This document shows, in pieces, positions 56,601-64,000 of a stretch of DNA of 64,000 nucleotides. The position numbers and the translations under genes are program-made. The notes under the pieces were generated by a model that was not told the DNA's origin, ran no database searches, and saw nothing but the letters and a program-made list of their open reading frames with translations. How positions within the stretch are numbered: the stretch's first letter is position 1; each line of letters opens with the position of its first letter. This stretch comes from Tubulanus polymorphus (lineage: Eukaryota; Animalia; Nemertea). Where the stretch lies: positions 8,222,812 to 8,286,811 of the forward strand of contig NC_134036.1 in assembly GCF_964204645.1 (NCBI RefSeq), in the 5' to 3' direction.

Positions 56601-59600
56601 CTTATTAGTGAAAATGAAAAAGTCCTATTCAATATATTTATATTCGATTGGATTGCTAATTGCTGTGTTGCTATTTTAGGAGAAGAAACCTTACTGATGG
56701 AGCCGAGAGAAATTAGTTTGATGACATCGCCACCAAATATAGTTAATTCTGACCTAGGTAGATTGCTTAATTGATATGATATTTCAAATTCAAAGATATA
56801 TTTTTACATTTTCTTTTAACTTGACTGTTCTCAAAAAATATTTCTTCAGATATGTCCAGTATAGACAAAGTCGATGAATCGTCCGTATTTCCCGCAGATG
56901 AAACAACAATACAGATTATACAAAGTAAGTTACCAAATGTTATTACGCTATTATAATTGAATAGCCTAGACCATACATTGAAATTGATTATGAAAGTTTT
57001 GAGCGTGAATTCAATTAAAACGTGGATTTACAGGTGGAAGTAAACTTGAATTATCCCTCGAAAAACACTCATTAGAGAAGCAAAACCTTACAGGTGTGTA
57101 TATCGTATGATTTAGATTACGGTCAGCTGCTTTTTTAGTCTAAAGATGACCATGTATGATATACATAATTTTATTCACAGATTCTTCGGAGAACGATCTC
57201 AGTACAAATAGGAAAATATCTTCAATCACATGTAGCACACCGAAAAGTAAGCTTTTTAATCTTTTCAGAATTCATTTCAATGTGTCTAATTTCGATTTTT
57301 AAGTGATAAATAATCTAATTATTTTTTTCAGTCAATGCGGAGAAGAAAAAGGACACTGGCGATCTCGTGAGAGAGTTATTGGGTGAAACTCCCCTCGTCA
57401 ATGAATTTCTACGGCTAAGAAGGCAACGACATAAACGGAAAGAATTTCTTAATACTTTGGCGGTTGTTCAAACGAGGATTCTTGCGAAACGCAGAGATTT
57501 CAAAAACAAACTCTCAGAATGGGAAAAACAGTTTATCATAGAAAACGGCGGATCATTCCCATCAGTGCAAGAATATAAGAAATGTCAACTATATAAACAT
57601 AAAACATATTGTGAAATATTACTAAAACACTGGAGTTGCTATTACTAAATTTGAATGCACATTTATAATCCGAAAATATTTATATTGATGTCTCATTTAT
57701 AATGATGTATTGTTGAAAATTTATTCATACGATGTTCATCGAATGATTCGTGAAATATATAGTATTCTAAATCTGTTTTTGAAACTCGCGGTTACTCCAA
57801 GTGTAGTTTTGTATATGCGCATATATACTTCTGAGTTTTATGACTCGTTGGAATTTCTTATCAGTTCTGTAAACAGGTCACACGTGTACGTCTAGATTTT
57901 TACAATTCACAATTCACCGTAGCATCCTGGAAATGACCGACATTTTCCAAGCGCAGGGTTTTGTATCCACGAAATTGTGTGACTCATGCTCGGTTTCACT
58001 GAAAATTTTTCATGTAGCATTAACTGATTTGTGTTCGTCGAAACGGAGAATTCGCTATATGTATGTATTCTAATGCCATGTACGACACACGTATGTGAAA
58101 TGTTGTTCTGTTGTTGTCTTCTAGGTAATGTAGCTCGCGACAAACAGGCAACGTCGTCTTCTGTTTTCACTCATACTCTTTATGGAGCTGACAAATGCGT
58201 CGATGGGTTGATTAGCAGCGGGGGAGAAGAGGGACTTTGCCACACTAAGAATGAAACGGACGCCTGGTTTCAAGTTGATCTTGACGGGCAACACGTCGTG
58301 CTGGGCGTCGACCTGTATGATCGATCAGACGCTACTGACTGTGATAACAATCCAGTTAATTCGTGGAGTAAGCTTTTTTTCTTATATCGTATTCGTGTTA
58401 CGTTTTTGCGAAAGAGAACATTCGACGTGATCTGGATATTCCATTTTTTAGTTGAAATTTGAGTCGAAAGCTAATCTTACCTTTAACCTAACAACCCAGA
58501 TCTATGGGTAGGGATCCTGTGACAGCGTTGGAGATAGAATTGAATAATTCCTTCTATCATTAAATGAAAGTACTGAAAATATATGTTTTTTTCTCGGCAT
58601 CGATGTGGGCCAATTTGTGGCCATTTCGATGGCTTCATCAAAACGTAACTTTACAGTCTGAAATCGCTTAAGGCAATTTGCGACCTTAAATTGTATATAT
58701 TTGCACTCCATTGATCAATTGGTGTATGGTTTATACCTACTTCGAAGAATTGGTGATTTTTATACCTATGAGGGAATTATACCCGGGGGGTTTTTACCTA
58801 CATTCGTTTACATTAATATGATATTTCAGAACGAAGATCTCGTAATCTTGAAGTACGTGTAGGTAACAATACTGCTAGTACGGACGCAGGTGTTCCCGGA
58901 TCTAACGTGAAGTGTGGATATCACGGTCCTGCTCTGTGCGGGGGACATGTTTTTATACGTTGTAGTACACCTCTAATCGGTAGATATGTTACAGTTCAAC
59001 ATCACGGAATTGGAAAACGGGAATTTTTCGGTTTAGCCGAAGTTGAAGTGCGCGGATACGTATATACAGGTAGGCCTTAATTAAATCTTTGAATAGGGCG
59101 CCCCGAATGTTAAGATACCTTCAATCCTAGAATCAAGAGAATGGCCCTTATCTATAGATATCGGAGGCCAGTTGCTCAAAATTGGTTGTTAAACGTAAAC
59201 TGGATACATCGGAACTAAAAGAAAATTTGCTCAAACAAATTTTTTTAAGTATTAAAATTATTAAATTGATAAATTTAAAATTATCTTTAAATCAAGTTGT
59301 TTATTCCATTTATTTAAAACAATCAGTTTTCTTCTCTCAAAAACTGAAATAGAATAACCTTAAAATAGAATTCACTACTTTAACATTGACATTTTTTAAA
59401 CTAGATGTACGCTGGTAGATATTTGGATGTTTTTTTTTCAAAAAAATCATCTTTGGTTTCTGTGATGACGAAGTTTAGTGAAAAGCCTCGAAATTATCAG
59501 AAACTGAATGGTTGAATCGTCAACTGCATTTGCAAATAAAAGGCTATGGGTTATAGTCTAAACTGAATGCGCGCAGTCACTTACCAGAAAATCAGTGAAA

Positions 59601-61951
59601 AGTTGGGGATTAGACAGGGAATTTCGTTTTCGTAAAAATCGGGAAAACTCGGGTAAATTTGTCGAGATTGCTAGATCGCGCTTGGAATCAAACAGTTTCT
59701 GTCTATGTTATACGGATCAAATCAGGGAAAACAACGTGTGCGTGTCTGGGAATAGTCAGGGGAAAAAGCGAGTCAAATAAAAGTGGCCGGCCTGTGAATA
59801 TGTACCAAAACCAAAAATAATATAGCTAGCTAGGCTACTTAATGACAATTTCTCAATTTTTGAAAAATATTCCTACGCTCATTCTCTGAGGATGGACTAG
59901 GAGCAATTCCGCAAAGACTCCTCGCCGAAATTTGACGATGATGTTGATAGCCGTTCAGATAAATGCTGCTACAGTACCGATGCGCCACTATACGCTCTAT
60001 GACCGCCCTCTATTGTCAATGTAATCTTCCAAGACAACGACCAGAATTGTCGTAATTGCTCCACCTTGTAAACTATTCAGTTTAACTCGTTAAAACTCTC
60101 CGTAAATTAACGAAGGATTATGCCTTCAATTCTCATTTCTTTCACTTATTATTCTTTCTTTTTCCTTTCGCATTTTTACCGCGGTGCTCGCGACGGCGGC
60201 CAAGCTACTTTGATGCGCTTATTGCAAAAAATTGTAAATTTATCATTCGTTTGTTTTCTAAACATCTCTGAACGTATCCCTAGACATGCCCTCCGTGAAA
60301 TACATTTGAACTTGGAACTTGAATTGTCACTGTGAAGTATGAATAACGTTTTTTAGCAACTGACGTCTCGTCCTATTTTGTAGCCAAATCGGATTGCAGC
60401 AAACCGGCATCGTTTGGTTGTATGGGTGAATGTCGCTGCGATGGTAATGCACCCTGCGACTATCTGAGCGGTACGTGCTCAACCGGTTGTTCGCCGAACT
60501 ACATCGGGCACAGCTGCGAACAAGGTTAGTTTTATTACTCACTCCTATCATGTAGGCCTAGTTGAAAACGAAATTCTATTATCAGAGTGTCAGGTTTTCC
60601 ATTTTTTATTCGTTCACAGGCTCCCTACAATTGTTTTTGCTTTTAAAGATGCTCGAAGCTCCTTTCACTTGCGCAAAATGCGCGAAACTCTTATTAAACT
60701 CTTTCAATTTAGGAGAATTAGGACATTTACATTAATAGTAAATTAAAAATGTTTGTCTATTTTGTAATTGTCGAGTAGACGACTATCGATACAACAGTTG
60801 GGGCTGGGATTTTTTTAACCAAATTAGGCGGTTAACGAAAAACCGAGTTTAGTGTCACGGATACTTAGAAGGAGTCTACTGTATTTGGGATGTGAAAGTG
60901 ACGCTTCCTCGAAATGTGAAATCTTCTCCTATATAAAAAACTCCCTGAAAACTCCTTAAATCCAGGAATGACCGAACTGTAGGGACCGTGCATCAAATTG
61001 TCTAACTTCATTCGAAGAAGGAATGCTTACTGTAATAGTCATTGCGTGTCGGTATTTAGTTCAAGATTACTGCGTCATAGTGATAGCGATAGCTAGATAT
61101 TTCTCTCGCACCCTTTTAACTGTGATACAATTTTCAACAGCGCTTTCCATTAAATCGGTATTATTACCCCCAGCCTAAAATTCTAACTTTATCAGTCATC
61201 TCTCCATGTGCCGGAGAAGTAACATAACAGCTGCTAAGCGCTCAGGAGTCATCTCTAAGGCACCCATTTACTCCTGGGTGGAAAGAAGCAATAAGGATGT
61301 CGCCAGCTCGTTTGTAGTATGACTTAAGCACGAGAATAGTTTCGTCTGCGAAAATAATGGCAGAAGTTGTCAGAAATTTCATCCGAGTGGTTTTTAATGT
61401 ATCGCTGGTTTTTGTGCGTAATTGCTATTCTCCGAAACCTTCGACCAGAGACGGAAACACTGTTCCTGATTTTCCTAATTCACTTTTTGAAAGGTTGGAA
61501 GCCCTGTGCTATACCCGCTATGTCAGTGTAGCAGAATTCCCTTGTCAAAAGAGTTATTTCAACTACGCATCATAGTAACGTGCGTGTTCCGATTTGCTTC
61601 GTATTCCAGAATTCAAATGGACCTCGCCGTCGACTCCGACGACTATCAGCACCGAGAACGGTATCACTATCAACTGGCCGGCTTATTCCGGTTCCGTCGT
61701 CGATTCCGGACGCGGTAAAATCACGGTGTACTACGATGTCTGGTACATTGTAGGATTGAAGAAAGTTGATGGCAGTTTACCCTGGGTTCACGTTCGCATC
61801 ACTAGTCAACCTCAAATACAGATCACAGGGTTGACGCAGAATACCAACTACACCGTGGCCGTGTACCTCCACAAATATCAGGGTGATTCCATGGTGTCAA
61901 AATCGGGTCTACTAGTGAAATTGGTATCGAATGCAAAAACCACGTGTGGAG
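50625..61951 (+). CDS. Host extracellular/receptor gene (partial): EGF-like, F-type lectin, EGF-like and FN3 exons at 50625-50780, 58125-58367, 58830-59069, 60384-60524, 61610-61951
   Basis: All five exons are AG/GT bounded and join in phase 1: ...CDAGWNGPGCQI|GNVARDK...HX26RSD...GRYVTVQ...LAEVEV|...CRC...CSPNYIGHSCEQ|...ITINW...ITGLTQNTNYTVAV. Confidence 0.85.
52695..57648 (+). pseudogene. Intron-rich RAG1/Transib-like DDE transposase with SAP-like insert, disrupted
   Basis: LWHDHS, FSGDGPARAFEAGNNSGGHYQCHC and ETLHDI motifs. Exon 1 52695-53272 splices in phase to 53881; frameshift ~54350; break at 55843; several small downstream exons. Confidence 0.6.
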
Positions 61952-62170
61952 GTAAGTTCCGGGATAACGGTAGGGAAATACGGAAACTTAAGCAATCGCT
62001 GATTCTACTTATGGCAGGCGAGGATCCGCCTGGTTCGCTGCTAGAGTAGTTTACTCGGTCTTGCGCGTTCGATTTCTTCTACATTTCTATCAAATAAAAC
62101 CGAATTGACTTTTCTCTCGATTAAATCAATCATTGATCAAAACTTTACCGATCACTGAGTAGAAAAATCA

Positions 62171-63340
62171 TTGTATATTCGGTAGGGCCTGTGACGATAT
62201 ACGGATTTGGGAGCCTAGAAATGCAGTTTAAAGTCAATTGAAAATGAACTGATTTTGACAACACAAGGATTAGGATTTTATTAGGATTTTATTTACACTC
62301 CAACCATTTCTATGGTACGTGGAGGGAGGCTTATACAAAGTATACAATATTTACAATTAACATTAAATAAAAACTTGTCATAATAAAATATCACAAAGTT
62401 ATTAACAACATACACTATTTACAATCTAATTATTGGAGAGACTGAGTGCTCGTCACACCATCTGGTGGTATAGCCGGTGCTGCAGCTCCTTAATTACAAC
62501 CGCCGAGTAGAAAAGACGAATCCTTCATACGAGACTCGCGTTCATTTGAAATTTGAAATTAACCCAGAATACCGTGGAACCGGGTTCAGAGACAAATTAA
62601 ACCCACAATTCTTTGAAACTGGATCCAGAGTCAAATTAAACACACACAACTGTGGAACTGGATCCAGTGGCAATAAAACCCACAAAACTGAAACTGGCTC
62701 CAAAATCAAATTAAACCTATGGAACTGGGTTTTAAGTCAGGTTAAGCCGTCTCAACTGTAAATCAGGGTCCATAATCGAATCAAACCCATGAAACTGGGT
62801 CAAGAGTCAAAGTTAACTCACCCAAAGTGTGGAACTGGGTCCGAAGATAGATTAAACCCACACAACTGTGGAACTGGATCTAGAGTCAAATTAAATCTAC
62901 ACAACTGTGAAACTGGATCCAGAGATGAATTAAACCCATACTTCGAATGAGGATCACTTAGAAATCAGATTAGAACATTTTTTGTATATTCGGTGGGGCC
63001 TTTGACGATATACGGATTCGGGAGCCTAGAAATGCAGTTTAAAGTCAATTGAAAATGAACTAATTTTTGACAACGCAAGGATTAGGATTTTATTTCCCTC
63101 CAACCATTTCTATGGTACAATGAGGGAGACTTATACAAAGTATACAATATATCTACAATTTACATTAAATATAAACCTGTCTTAATAAAATACCACAAAG
63201 TTATTAACAACATACACTATTTCCAATCTAATTATTGGAGAGAGTGAGTGCTCGTCACACCATCTGGCGGGACAGCCGGTGGTGCAGCTTCCCGTTACAA
63301 CCGCCGAGTAGAAAAGACGAATCCTTCATACGAGACTCGC
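62171..63340. repeat. ~365-bp direct repeats (62171-62539, 62982-63340) flanking a ~40-bp-unit tandem array
   Basis: TGTATATTCGGT...CGAGACTCGC occurs twice; AAATTAAACCCAC...GGAACTGGATCCAGAGTC units lie between. Confidence 0.85.
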
Positions 63341-64000
63341 TTTCGCGGGGACTTGTCACACATTGATAGTGAATGGATAACCCCAGTATCCCTGCTTATA
63401 TATCATACTGCGCTCGCGTTATGATATTTTGATTCGCCGTGAGCCTCTGCAAATCCAGCGATCAAAATTAAATCGAAGGTGAATAAGAAATGATGAACCA
63501 ATTTTCGACTTAACGTTAACCGTCTGTTCGTCAGGCCATCCTGGAGTTGGTGGCGGCGGTGTATGGCCATTATCCTGATTAAAAAACTATCCGAAATTCG
63601 AAGGGACCTTAAATGTTATTGGCAGTTGTTGCACATTTCTACGGAGATGCTGCGGCTATATTATTGTCAATGATTTATTATCAATTCTTTTGATCGAAAT
63701 AGAGCCTACGAAAGGACCGACCGGTTAGAAGTTAGAATCCACTCTTCAGGATGATAGACCTTTGTCGCAGTACACCAAGGCCAAGGCTGAAGTATCGTGG
63801 CATGTAAGTATCGATTTAGGGGCGGATCCAAGTGCGGACTTGGACAGGAGCGCAAAAAAATGAAAAGGGCATTATAATGAAAATGGGCAAGTTAAGTTTC
63901 CACGCAGCCAAAACTAGGGTCTGGAAAAATTTGAAATTCCAATGCATTTTCAGGGGGCGTTGGAAGTGCAAATTTAGTGAATGACGTTTTTTATGATACC

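Noticed and set aside
51517-60334. CACAGTG / CACTGTG RSS-like heptamers as Transib TIRs
   Set aside because: No similarity beyond the heptamer, no 5-bp TSD, and they would enclose host exons.
62540-62940. Regularly spaced repeats as a CRISPR array (also 32616-32770 and 48560-48945)
   Set aside because: Degenerate tandem units without unique spacers, no cas genes, eukaryotic context.

Overview
Animal (probably invertebrate) nuclear DNA: spliceosomal exons, microsatellites and many transposons. The centrepiece is a complete, very AT-rich 17.2-kb Polinton/Maverick-like endogenous virus (30259-47440). It has 90-bp perfect TIRs and a CGCGTA 6-bp TSD, and an empty paralogous target site lies at 20949-20954. 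It encodes pPolB, an rve integrase with chromodomain, an A32-like ATPase, putative major and minor capsids and several membrane proteins. Three features point to dependence on a poxvirus/NCLDV-type cytoplasmic transcription system: 14 of 15 genes start in ATAAATG with two fixed-spacing upstream motif classes resembling poxvirus late and intermediate promoters; it encodes a poxvirus A2/VLTF3-like late transcription factor; and its pPolB carries a 355-aa LAGLIDADG intein in the YFD/TDS catalytic motif (giant-virus pol-c type). A decayed relic of a related element lies at ~21280-21792. Also present: a young but defective BEL/Pao LTR retrotransposon (3270-10476), a secreted cysteine-rich defensin/anemone-toxin-like peptide gene (17818-18342), a GPCR pseudogene fragment, a broken intron-rich RAG1/Transib-like transposase inside an intron of an EGF/F-type-lectin/FN3 host gene, and assorted MITE/SINE/LINE fragments. 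All protein family calls come from motif recognition and recall, not database searches.
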